From an uncultured Gemmatimonadales bacterium (GTDB lineage Bacteria; Gemmatimonadota; Gemmatimonadetes; Longimicrobiales; RSA9), in NCBI GenBank assembly GCA_963708135.1, contig OY970192.1, positions 3,200,001 through 3,264,000 on the forward strand: 64,000 nucleotides of DNA. Direction: 5' to 3'. Positions 52,209-61,718 of this stretch are shown piece after piece; position 1 is the stretch's first letter; every line of letters starts with the position of its first letter. The notes beneath the pieces are model-generated. The model searched no databases. It worked only from the letters and a program-made list of their open reading frames with translations, and was not told where the DNA came from. The translations under genes and the position numbers were made by a program.

Positions 52209-53561
52209 ATGAGCGAAGATGCGCGCTTCCCCGACGGCTTCCTCTGGGGCGCCGCGACGTCGGCGTACCAGATCGAGGGCTCGCCGCTGGCCGACGGCGC
52301 CGGGCCGAGCATCTGGCACCGCTTCTCGCACACGCCCGGCCGCACGCGGGACGGCGAGACTGGCGACCTGGCGTGCGACCACTACCACCGCTGGGAGCGC
52401 GACGTCGCCCTCATGGGCGAGCTGGGCCTCACGGCCTACCGCCTGAGCATCTCCTGGAGCCGCATCCTGCCGGAGGGGACAGGGCGCGTCAACCAGGCGG
52501 GGCTCGACTTCTACAGCCGGCTCGTGGACGCGCTGCTCGAGCGCGGCATCACGCCGAACGTCACCCTCTACCACTGGGACCTGCCCGCGGCGCTCGACGA
52601 CCGCGGCGGCTGGCTCAACCGCAACGTGGCCGGCTGGTTCGCCGACTACGCGCAGGTGGTCTTCCGCGCCCTCGACGACCGCGTCCGGCTCTGGGCCACG
52701 CTCAACGAGCCGTGGGTGGTGAGCGATGGCGGCTACCTGCGCGGCGCGCTCGCGCCCGGCCACGCCAACCTGTTCGAGGCCCCGCGCGCCAGCCACAACC
52801 TGCTGCGCGCGCACGGCGCGGCCGTGGACGCGTACCGCGCGGAGGGCAGGCACGAGATCGGCATCGTCGTCAACCTCGAGCCCAAGTACCCGGCCTCCGA
52901 CAGCGACGCCGACCGCGCGGCTACGCGGCGCGCGGACGCCTACATGAACCGGCAGTACCTGGACGCCGTCTTCCTCGGGCACTACCCGGAGGAGATGGCG
53001 GAGATCTTCGGCGAGGCGTGGCCGGACGTGGCGGCGGCGGACCTGGACGCCATCCGCCGGCCGATCGACTTCCTGGGGATCAACTACTACACCCGCAGCG
53101 TGACACGCGACGATCCCGCCGCGCCCCCCGTGCGCGCCTCCAGTGTCCGGCAGCCGCAGAGCGCCTACACCGAGACCGGCTGGGAGGTCTACCCGCCCGC
53201 GCTCACCGACGTGCTCGTGTGGGTCAGGGAGCGCTACGGCGCGCCGCCGACCTACATCACCGAGAACGGCGCCGCGTTCTACGATCCGCCGCGGCCGGTC
53301 GAGGGGCGGATCGACGACCCGCTGCGCGTGGCCTACCTGCGCGACCACCTGCGCGCCGGCCGCGAGGCCATGCGGCGCGGCGTGGACCTGCGCGGCTACT
53401 TCGCCTGGTCGCTGCTCGACAACTACGAGTGGAGCCTCGGCTACTCGAAGCGCTTCGGCCTCGTTCACGTGGACTACACGACCCTCGAGCGGACCGTCAA
53501 GGCGAGCGGGCGGTTCTACGCCGACGTCGTCCGGACGAACGGAGCCGTCCTGGCGGATTGA
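52209..53561 (+). CDS. GH1 beta-glucosidase
   Basis: [19 protein letters not shown] acid/base, ITENG nucleophile, WSLLDNYEW. Confidence 0.95.
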   Translation: MSEDARFPDGFLWGAATSAYQIEGSPLADGAGPSIWHRFSHTPGRTRDGETGDLACDHYHRWERDVALMGELGLTAYRLSISWSRILPEGTGRVNQAGLDFYSRLVDALLERGITPNVTLYHWDLPAALDDRGGWLNRNVAGWFADYAQVVFRALDDRVRLWATLNEPWVVSDGGYLRGALAPGHANLFEAPRASHNLLRAHGAAVDAYRAEGRHEIGIVVNLEPKYPASDSDADRAATRRADAYMNRQYLDAVFLGHYPEEMAEIFGEAWPDVAAADLDAIRRPIDFLGINYYTRSVTRDDPAAPPVRASSVRQPQSAYTETGWEVYPPALTDVLVWVRERYGAPPTYITENGAAFYDPPRPVEGRIDDPLRVAYLRDHLRAGREAMRRGVDLRGYFAWSLLDNYEWSLGYSKRFGLVHVDYTTLERTVKASGRFYADVVRTNGAVLAD

Positions 53562-54090
53562 GCCGGCACCGCGGAGGCGGGCGGGCGCCCCCTCGGGGCC
53601 AGCACCGTCCTCGCGGCTCCGCCGCTGCGGTCGGCGAATGTCCCCTCCGGGGCGCCCGCCCGCCTCCGCTCCAGCCACCACGCGCGTCGGATCCCTCGCC
53701 AGGCCGGCGCCGCGGCGCGTGTTGAGGGGGACGGTACTGGCAAGCAGGTGGATCTTGCCTCGGGGGTCCCGGCCGGACTCGGCGGGGGCGCGTGTGGGGC
53801 ACCGACGCGAGAGGGCGCGGCCAAGGGCGGGTCGCTCGTCGGCGGCGGTGGGAGGCGCCGGACACACCGGCGTATGGGCGCCGCGGAAATCCACCGGCGC
53901 GTACGGAGGCCGGGATCGGCTCCCACTCCCCCACTCTCCCACTTGCCCACTCTCGCGCTTCGGCGCGCGCCGCGGCCGCCGCCACGCGCCGCGGGCGATG
54001 CTTCGCCCGGTGAGGCCGGCGGAAATCCGCGCGCGCTTGCGGTCGCCGGAAGCGGCTCCCACTCCCCCACTCTCCCACTCCCCCACTCTC
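53562..54090. repeat. Structured dispersed element ending in CCCACTC(C/T) octamer runs, copy 1
   Basis: Perfect 21-bp stem 53571-53591/53649-53669; colinear homology with 59260-59735; octamer runs at 53921-53953 and 54057-54090. Confidence 0.8.
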
Positions 54091-54091
54091 A

Positions 54092-57000
54092 TCACCGGTA
54101 CCTCAGCTCCACCACCGCCGGCATCCGCGTGCCCGGCGGGACGCGCACATACCCATCCTCCAGCGCGACCTTCCGGCCGTTCAGCAGCGCGGCGGCCAGG
54201 GGCCGGCCGATCTCGGGCGGGCGCAGCAGGAGCCCGGCGGCCGGAACCCGGAAGGGGCCGGCGGGTGCGGCGCGGACGGCGAGGGTCGCGTGGACGACGT
54301 CGCCCGAGCGGGTCATGCGGAGATCCAGCGAGCCGTAGCGCGTGCGCAGCCCCTCGATGCGGAGGCCGGGGCCGACGAGCCAGGAGGCGTCCACGGCGGC
54401 GCCGAGGACGAGGGCGCCATCGCGGGCGCGGACGTAGGCCAGCATGTCGAGCACGGAGCGGATGAAGTCGGTGCCGACCCAGGCGTGCGGGATGTCGCCG
54501 ATGAAGCGGGGCAGGGCCGCGTCGTGCCAGACGACCTCCGCCCACGCGTTCCAGGCGGGCGGGCGGCGGCCGCGCATGAGGAAATCGGCCAGCGCGTGGG
54601 CGCGCGCGGGCTCGCCCAGCCGCACGAACGCGCCGACGCCGCGCCACTCGTACGGCGTGTAGGCGTCCCACGCGGTGTCGCCGGCGGCGCGCGCGCGGAC
54701 GAAGCGGAAGTAGCGCTCGAAGGTGTTCCGCAGCGCGGGCTCGGGCAGCCATGGCAGCCCGCCCGCGGGCTCGAGACCGATGGTGGTCGAGGTCGCATCG
54801 AAGTCGCCGAGCTCGGCGGAGCCGGGGATGTAGTCGATCCCGTGCTCCCGCATCGACAGGCGCATGGAGGCCAGGATGTCGGCCTGGAAGGTGTCGGCCT
54901 TCAGCGAGATGGCGCGGCCGAGCCCGGGCCGGCCGAGCGTGTCGGCCAGCCACGCCGCGTCGCGATAGCCGACGAGCCCCCACAGGTCGTCCCAGTACGA
55001 GTGCTCCGGGTGCGCCGAGTAGCCCTCGTGGCTGATCGACGCGGGCAGCAGCCCGAAGAACTTCCGCCCCTCCCCTTCCCGCTCGGTCGGTCCCATCTGG
55101 CTCGCCCGGAGCGAGTCCATGTAGGCGACGGCGCCCGCGACGTGCTCCCATTCCTCCGCCGCCAGCGCCGTATCGCCCGTGAAGCGGACGTACTCGGCGA
55201 TGAGGTGGATGAGCTCGCCGTGGCTGTCGTTTTCGGGCACGGGATCCGCGCCGCGGTGGTCCACGCAGCACGGCACCTTGCCATCCGGGAACTGGTAGGG
55301 CGCGTACCAGCGGATGAACGCGGCCACGGGCGCCACGTCGCCGAGGCGGAGCAGCGCGTTCGAGATGAGCGCGCCATCGCGGATCCACGCGCGGGCGTAG
55401 GCGCGCGAGCCGGGCTGGAGCGCGGCGCCATCGGCGTCGATCAGGACGTACGCGTGGTTCGCGCGGATGGCACGCGCCAGCGCCGCGCCCCGGCCCGGCA
55501 GCTCGATCCGGACGCGGCCGAGCCGGGTCCGCCACGCGGCTATGGTGGCGGCGAGCAGGGAGTCGGCGGGCGCGAGCGCGCGGGCGGAGGGAGTCGGGGC
55601 ACCTGGATTCGCGCCGGTCGCCGCCGCCTCGCCGAGTCCCGCGGCGGCGACGCCGGGGGCCACCGGCGCATCCGCATAGAACGGCGCGGCGATCCACACG
55701 TCCCTCGCCTCGCCCGGTCTCAGCGAAAGGGAATAGCCGAGCGCGCCGCCGGCATGGTGGAACGGGTCGTGGACGGAATCTGCGGGCGGCACGGTGCCAC
55801 GTGCGAGCCAGTCGGGGACGGCGCCCATGTGGAAGGTGGTGGCGCCGAAGCTGTCGGGCGGCGTGAGCAGGACGAGGCGGCGCTCGCCATCGACCTCGAT
55901 CGTGCGGCCGTGGCGGGCGACGTCCGTGACCTCGGCCACGCCGCCGGGCGTGTTCAGGAACTGCCACGGCGGGTTCACCTGGAAGGCGCGCAGGGCGAGG
56001 AACAGGGTGAGGCGGCGCGGCCGGCGGGAGCGGTTCTCCACGCGGTAGCGGGCGTAGAGGGTGGAGCCGCCGGTGTCGCCCGCGGTGAAGGCGGTCACGG
56101 TGAGCCCCAGCGAGTCGGCGCTCCAGCGGACGGACGGCACGGGCACGTCGCCATCGGGGAGCGACTGCGCGGTGGCCGCATCGGCCCAGCCGAGGAGCCG
56201 GCCATCGGCGTGGAGGAACGGCTCGATGGAGAAGGAGGCCTGGCGCGTCTCGAGGCGGCCGTCGGTGTCGAGCAGCGCCTCGCGCCGGTCGGCCGCGGCG
56301 CCGACCACGGTCCAGTACGTCTGGAGGCCGAGGTAGGCGCGCGGGAAGCGGCCGCGGGGCGAGGCGCGGGCGATGCCCTCGAAGAAGGTGTCGATGGAAG
56401 CGCCGAAGGCGACGGGCTCGACCGTGAGCTCGCGGAGGGAGTAGGTGCCGGGACTCGTGGTTCGGGGGTCGGGGCTCGGGGCGGCCGCGGCGCTCGCCGC
56501 GGGCCGCAGCAGGACGAGGCGGAGGTATCTCGCCTCGGAGTCCGGCAGATAGAGCCAGTCGCGGCCGCCGTCGCTCTGACGGACGGAGTCCACGGTCTCC
56601 CAGCGCGCGCCGTCGCCGGAGAGCTGGACATCGTAGTCGGCGGCGTGCGGCTCGCCCCAGTCGAGCGCGAGGCCGCCGAACTCGCGGCGCTCGAGGAAGT
56701 CTAGCGTGAGCGTCTCGCGGCCGCCGGGCGCGTGCCAGGCGGTGGCGGTGTCGCCGTCGAGGGCGTTCCGGGGGCCGGCGCCGGGCAGCGACGCCGTCGC
56801 CTGGACGGTGGGCGTGCGGGTGTAGGGGTGCGGCGGCGGCAGCGGGCGCAGCACCAGGTCCGCGATCCAGACGGTGCCCTTGCCGCCCGTCCCGGCGGTC
56901 ACGACGAGCTCCATGCTGGCGGCGTGGCGGATCTCGCCGCCGCCGGCCGGCCCCCAGGCGAAGTGGATCTGGCGCTTGCGGGTGATCAGCGTGCGCCACG

Positions 57001-57427
57001 CCTCCGGGAAGTGGAAGAGCAGGCGGTCGTCCCACCAGACGTTTTCACCGCTCGCGTCGATCAGCTTGAACTCGAGGTTCTCCGGCGGCGCCCTGCCGCG
57101 GACGCGGAAGGTGAACTCGTAGTTCTCCGGCAGGTCCAGGTCGAGCGCGCGCCGGGCGATGGCGTAGCCGGCGTGGCCGTGGAAATCGAAGTCCAGGCGC
57201 ATGGTGGGGACGCCGTCCACGGTGTCGGCCGTGATCTCCAGCGTGACGCCGTCCGAGGGGTGGGGCGACCAGGCCTGGACGGTCGTGAAGGCATCCAGCG
57301 TCGCGGCCCCGGCGGGCTGCTGCTGGCCGGCGGACGGGCCAGGGAGGAGCAGGACGCCGGCGAGGAGCAGGACGGCGGAAGCCGCCTCCCCCTTCCCCCA
57401 CCCGACGCGGGGCCGGCGCCCGCTCAC
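54092..57427 (-). CDS. Exported discoidin (F5/8 type C) domain glycoside-hydrolase-like protein
   Basis: Signal peptide; ALDGDTATAW discoidin motif; C-terminal PGSRAYARAWIRDG, PENDSHGE, SISHEGY, HSYWDD suggest an (alpha/alpha)6 catalytic barrel; GTGA overlap with the permease. Confidence 0.8.
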   Translation of the reverse strand: MSGRRPRVGWGKGEAASAVLLLAGVLLLPGPSAGQQQPAGAATLDAFTTVQAWSPHPSDGVTLEITADTVDGVPTMRLDFDFHGHAGYAIARRALDLDLPENYEFTFRVRGRAPPENLEFKLIDASGENVWWDDRLLFHFPEAWRTLITRKRQIHFAWGPAGGGEIRHAASMELVVTAGTGGKGTVWIADLVLRPLPPPHPYTRTPTVQATASLPGAGPRNALDGDTATAWHAPGGRETLTLDFLERREFGGLALDWGEPHAADYDVQLSGDGARWETVDSVRQSDGGRDWLYLPDSEARYLRLVLLRPAASAAAAPSPDPRTTSPGTYSLRELTVEPVAFGASIDTFFEGIARASPRGRFPRAYLGLQTYWTVVGAAADRREALLDTDGRLETRQASFSIEPFLHADGRLLGWADAATAQSLPDGDVPVPSVRWSADSLGLTVTAFTAGDTGGSTLYARYRVENRSRRPRRLTLFLALRAFQVNPPWQFLNTPGGVAEVTDVARHGRTIEVDGERRLVLLTPPDSFGATTFHMGAVPDWLARGTVPPADSVHDPFHHAGGALGYSLSLRPGEARDVWIAAPFYADAPVAPGVAAAGLGEAAATGANPGAPTPSARALAPADSLLAATIAAWRTRLGRVRIELPGRGAALARAIRANHAYVLIDADGAALQPGSRAYARAWIRDGALISNALLRLGDVAPVAAFIRWYAPYQFPDGKVPCCVDHRGADPVPENDSHGELIHLIAEYVRFTGDTALAAEEWEHVAGAVAYMDSLRASQMGPTEREGEGRKFFGLLPASISHEGYSAHPEHSYWDDLWGLVGYRDAAWLADTLGRPGLGRAISLKADTFQADILASMRLSMREHGIDYIPGSAELGDFDATSTTIGLEPAGGLPWLPEPALRNTFERYFRFVRARAAGDTAWDAYTPYEWRGVGAFVRLGEPARAHALADFLMRGRRPPAWNAWAEVVWHDAALPRFIGDIPHAWVGTDFIRSVLDMLAYVRARDGALVLGAAVDASWLVGPGLRIEGLRTRYGSLDLRMTRSGDVVHATLAVRAAPAGPFRVPAAGLLLRPPEIGRPLAAALLNGRKVALEDGYVRVPPGTRMPAVVELRYR

Positions 57428-58245
57428 CCTTTGACGCTCCCCAGCATGATGCCCTGGATGTAGTAGCGCTGGAGCACGAGGAAGACGGCGAGGACGGGGG
57501 CGACGGTCAGGACGGCGCCGGCCATCATGAGCTCGGTGTCCATGACGTGCTCGCCGGAAAGGTTGGCGAGGGCGACGGGCAGCGTGTAGTGGGCGGCGTC
57601 GCTGAGCACGATGAGGGGCCACATGAAGTCGTTCCAGGTGGCCAGGAAGGTCCAGATGGCGAGGGTGGCGAGGATCGGCGCGATGACGGGGAGCACGATG
57701 GCCGTGTAGATCCTCCACTCGGAGGCGCCGTCGATGCGGGCGGCGTCGAGCAGGTCGTCGGGCAGCGCGATGGTATACTGGCGGACGAGGAAGATGCCGA
57801 AGATGCTGGCCAGCCCGGGCAGGATCACGCCGGCGTAGCTGTTGATGAGGTGGAGCTCCTTCATGAGCAGGAAGAGCGGCAGCATCGAGACCTGGACGGG
57901 CACGAGCAGCCCGGCGCTGAGGGCGCGGAAGGCGCGGTCGCGGTGGCGGAAGCGGAGCTTGGCGAAGGCGTAGCCGGCCATCGAGTTCACGACCAGCGAG
58001 AACAGCGTGACGGCGCTGGCGATGAGGGTGCTGTTCAGGAAGTCGCGGCCGAGCGCCAGGCGGGTGAAGAGGTCGCGGTAGTGGGCGAAGGTGACGTGGC
58101 GCGGGAACAGGTGCGGCGGGTACGTGTTGGCCTCGCCCGTCGGCATGAGGGAGGCGGAGACCATCCAGACGAGCGGGATCAGGCAGAGGATCGCGCCGAG
58201 CACGAGGAGCGTGTAGAGAAGGAGGCCGGGAAGACGTCGCCTCAC
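57424..58245 (-). CDS. Carbohydrate ABC transporter permease (MalG-like)
   Basis: AGYAFAKLRF, LLDAARIDGASE EAA motif, WNDFMWPL. Confidence 0.92.
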   Translation of the reverse strand: MRRRLPGLLLYTLLVLGAILCLIPLVWMVSASLMPTGEANTYPPHLFPRHVTFAHYRDLFTRLALGRDFLNSTLIASAVTLFSLVVNSMAGYAFAKLRFRHRDRAFRALSAGLLVPVQVSMLPLFLLMKELHLINSYAGVILPGLASIFGIFLVRQYTIALPDDLLDAARIDGASEWRIYTAIVLPVIAPILATLAIWTFLATWNDFMWPLIVLSDAAHYTLPVALANLSGEHVMDTELMMAGAVLTVAPVLAVFLVLQRYYIQGIMLGSVKG

Positions 58246-59210
58246 GGGGCCTCCGAGCGCTGGAGCCGCACCTGCACGAGCGTGAAGGCGATGATGATGA
58301 GGAAGAGGATGAAGGCGATGGCGGCGGCGAAGCCCATGCGCCACCAGCGGAATCCCTGCTGGTACATGTAGAGGACCATGCTGAGGGTGCTGTTCAGCGG
58401 GCCGCCGGAGGTCATGACGTACGGCTCGGCGAAGAGCTGGAAGTAGCCGATCATGGTGACCACGCCGACGAAGAGCATGGTGGGCCCGAGCATCGGCCAT
58501 GTGACGTGGCGGAATCGGCGCACGGCGCCGGCGCCATCCAGCTCGGCGGCCTCGTACAGATCGCGCGGGATGGCCTGCAGCCCGGCGATGAAGATGAGCA
58601 TGTTGTAGCCGAAGTTCTTCCACACGGCCATGACGATGATGGCGCCCAGCGCGGTGTGCGGGTTGCCGAGCCAGTCTACGGGCGGGATGCCGAAGGCGCC
58701 GAGCCCGTAGTTGAGCAGCCCGTACTTCGCGTGGTAGAGGTAGCGCCAGACGATGGCGACGGCGACGAGCGTGGTGACGAAGGGCGTGAAGTAGACGGTG
58801 CGGAATAAGCCGCGGAAGCGGACGAGCGGCGCGTTCAGGAGCAGCGCCGCGCCGAGCGAGGCGGCCACGGTGAGCGGACCGCCGATGAGCGCGAACTCGA
58901 GGGTGTTGCGCAGCGCGAGCCAGAAGTCGCCGGTGTGCAGCAGCGTCAGGTAGTTGGCCAGGCCGACCAGGCGGACGTTGTGCGGGTCGGCGACGGCGTA
59001 GATGTCGAAGTCGCTGAAGCTGAGCAGGAACGAGGCGGCGATCGGCAGGAAGAAGAAGACGCCGATGAGGACGAGCGCCGGCGCGACGAACCACCACCCG
59101 GCGCTGCCGGCCCCTGGCTCCGCCAGGCGACGCCGGCGTCCGCGCGGCGCCGGCGCGGGAGCGGCGAGCGCGGAGTCGGCGAGGTGCTCGGCGCGGGAGC
59201 CTTCGGTCAT
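58242..59210 (-). CDS. Carbohydrate ABC transporter permease (MalF-like)
   Basis: VGLANY, WKNFGYNM, AGLQAIP..LYEAAELDGA. Confidence 0.92.
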   Translation of the reverse strand: MTEGSRAEHLADSALAAPAPAPRGRRRRLAEPGAGSAGWWFVAPALVLIGVFFFLPIAASFLLSFSDFDIYAVADPHNVRLVGLANYLTLLHTGDFWLALRNTLEFALIGGPLTVAASLGAALLLNAPLVRFRGLFRTVYFTPFVTTLVAVAIVWRYLYHAKYGLLNYGLGAFGIPPVDWLGNPHTALGAIIVMAVWKNFGYNMLIFIAGLQAIPRDLYEAAELDGAGAVRRFRHVTWPMLGPTMLFVGVVTMIGYFQLFAEPYVMTSGGPLNSTLSMVLYMYQQGFRWWRMGFAAAIAFILFLIIIAFTLVQVRLQRSEAP

Positions 59211-59259
59211 CGGCGCGGCTCACGGGCGCGGCGGCGGCGCACCGGCTCCGGGCGGTTCC

Positions 59260-59966
59260 GCTTGCCGGCGCGGCGTCGGTGGGCGGGCGCACCGGCGCGG
59301 CAGGAAATGCCCTCGCGGCTACGCCGCTCGGGACATTTGACAGCCGCGCCGGTGCGCCCACCCACCTCCGCTGCGGGTTCCCGGAAAGGCGGACGCATCG
59401 CGGGGGCGGCGCCGCAGCCGGAGTGTTTGGGGACATCTTCGGTCGGCGCGTGGATCTTTCCTCGGGCTTCCCGGCCCGACCCGGCGACAGGCGGTGCGGC
59501 GCACCGCGGCGCACGGGCATGGCCGGGCGTGGGACGCTCGTCGGGGGCGACAGGCGGCGCGGCGCGCCGCGGCGCGCGGGCGCGGCTGGACGCGGGACGC
59601 TCGTCCGCAGCCGCAGCCGCAGCGCCGAACCCGGATGCCCGGGCGCACCCACGTGCGCCGCGGAAATCCGCCGGCGAATGCGGGCGCCCGGATCGGCTCC
59701 CACTCCCCCACTCCCCCACTCCCCCACTCTCGCCCGCGCCGGACCCGGATGCCCGGGCGCACCCACGTGCGCCGCGGAAATCCGCCGGCGAATGCGGGCG
59801 CCGGGATCGGCTCCCACTCCCCCACTCCCCCACTCCCCCACTCTCGCCCGCGCCGGACCCGGATGCCCGGGCGCACCCACGAGCGCCGCGGAGATCCGCC
59901 GGCGAATGCGGGCGCCCGGATCGGCTCCCACTCCCCCACTCCCCCACTCCCCCACTCTCGCCCGCG
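59260..59966. repeat. Structured dispersed element copy 2, with 3 x 114-bp tandem units ending in octamer runs
   Basis: CCGGATGCCC recurs at 59631, 59745 and 59859; each unit ends (TCCCCCAC)x3; 24-bp stem 59278-59301/59343-59366. Confidence 0.88.
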
Positions 59967-60012
59967 GCTCCCGTCGCCGCGGCGCAAGGACAAGAGTGGG
60001 CCATTGTCGGGT

Positions 60013-61398
60013 TCAACGCGCGCCTCCGGCGGACTGCCGCGCCAGCATCCAGCGGCGCTTGGCGAGGACGGCGTCCACATCGCTGTCGAGCGCCTTCATG
60101 GCGGCATCGACCGGCATGCCACCGCGGATGATCTTCTCGCCGTAGTCGGCGAGAGTGTTCGAGATCAGCTCGATCTCGGGGACCTTGGGTAGCGGGCGCA
60201 CGCGCTGGAGCTGGAGCCAGAAGGCGTGGGCGTAGGGGTTGTCCACGAGGCTGGAGTCGCGCCACGCTGCGAGCGAGGGCGGCAGGTCGCCGGTCAGGTG
60301 GTAGAACTGGCGCTGCCGGTCGGGGCGGGACAGGAACTCGATCAGCTTCCACGCGGCGGCCGCGTGGCGCGAATGGCGGAAGACGGAGAGCGAGGAGCCG
60401 CCGGCCATCGAGATGCCGGGCCAGCTCGTGTCCGGGCTCGGCATCGGCGCGGTGCCCCACCGGGTCTGCAGGCTGTCGGGCAGGCGGTTCCGGAACTCGC
60501 TGATGTACCACGGGCCGCTGATGTACATGGCGAAGGTGCCGCGCGCGAACTCCTGGAAGATGTTCGAGATGTCGTTGTTCGAGACCGCCGGCGCCAGCCC
60601 GCGGCGGAAGAGGTCGACGTAGAAGGTGTAGCCGCGCTCGAAGGCGGGCGACTCGAAAGCGCCGTACCGGCCGCTGTCGCCGAGCACGGTGCCGCCGGTC
60701 GCCATGCCCATGATCATCGGCTGTGGCCACTCGTTGATGGGCAGCAGGATCGCCCAGCGGCCGGCGCCGCCCTGCGCCTTGAGCCGCTCCATGGCGCGCA
60801 GCCAGTCCGCCCACGTCTTCGGGAAGCTCGGGTAGCCGGCCTTCGCGAGCAGGTCCGTGCGGTAGAAGACGAGCCGCGTGTCGACGTACCAGGGGATGCC
60901 GTAGACGCTGTCGCCGATGACGTTGGTGTCCCAGATGCCGCGGAAGAAGTCGGCGGCGTGGAGCGTAGGCGACGCGGCCACCAGCGAGTCCAGCGGCAGC
61001 AGCGCATCGATGGCGGTGAACTCCGGGATCCACGTGTTGCCGATCTGCGCCACGTCCGGCGTGGCCTCGCCCACGAACGCGGTGAGCAGCTTCTCGTGCG
61101 CGGCCGTCCACGGGATCTGCTGGAGCTCGACGCGGATCCCCGGGTTCAGCTTCTCGAACTCGCGCACCATCGGTGCGACGACGTCGCCCTCGTGCCCCAT
61201 CGCCCAGAACCGCAGCGTCACCGGGCCGGGCGCGGGCCGGCCGGGGCGGGAACAGGCGGAGAGGCCCAGCAGTGCGAGGAGCAGCAGAGCGGCCCGAACA
61301 GATTCCGGCCCGCGCCTCCTGCCGGGCGGCTGCTGCGGTGGGGAGGCCCTCTCCGGCCCTGCGGAACGCTCGGCCCACCGCAACCACCTCCGCACCAC
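60013..61398 (-). CDS. Sugar ABC transporter substrate-binding lipoprotein
   Basis: Lipobox LSAC; LRFWAMG.EG, QIPWTAAHEKL, GIPWYVDTR, AGGSSL. Start uncertain (frame open to 61722). Confidence 0.88.
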   Translation of the reverse strand: MVRRWLRWAERSAGPERASPPQQPPGRRRGPESVRAALLLLALLGLSACSRPGRPAPGPVTLRFWAMGHEGDVVAPMVREFEKLNPGIRVELQQIPWTAAHEKLLTAFVGEATPDVAQIGNTWIPEFTAIDALLPLDSLVAASPTLHAADFFRGIWDTNVIGDSVYGIPWYVDTRLVFYRTDLLAKAGYPSFPKTWADWLRAMERLKAQGGAGRWAILLPINEWPQPMIMGMATGGTVLGDSGRYGAFESPAFERGYTFYVDLFRRGLAPAVSNNDISNIFQEFARGTFAMYISGPWYISEFRNRLPDSLQTRWGTAPMPSPDTSWPGISMAGGSSLSVFRHSRHAAAAWKLIEFLSRPDRQRQFYHLTGDLPPSLAAWRDSSLVDNPYAHAFWLQLQRVRPLPKVPEIELISNTLADYGEKIIRGGMPVDAAMKALDSDVDAVLAKRRWMLARQSAGGAR

Positions 61399-61718
61399 CC
61401 ACCCCGCCACCTGCCTCGCGGACGGCAGTCCTCGGTCCTCCGAGGGCCTCCCCGCCTCCGCCCAACGCTCCAGGGGCCGGGCCATGCGCCGCGGCGCCCG
61501 ACGGGCCCGGGTGGTCCCGCCGGGCGGACCAGCGCGCCGCGTCAGCGCGGGACCGGCCCACGTGGTCTCCGCCGCCGAACCAGCGCGCGGCGTGGACGGG
61601 CGTCCCGAAGCGCGTGGCGCCGGGCGGCTCGCGCGGCGAGGCGAGGCTGGCCGCGCGCCCCCACTCCCCCACTCTCGCGCCAGCTGGCCGCGCCCCGGCG
61701 CGGCGCAGAGGCGCCGCA

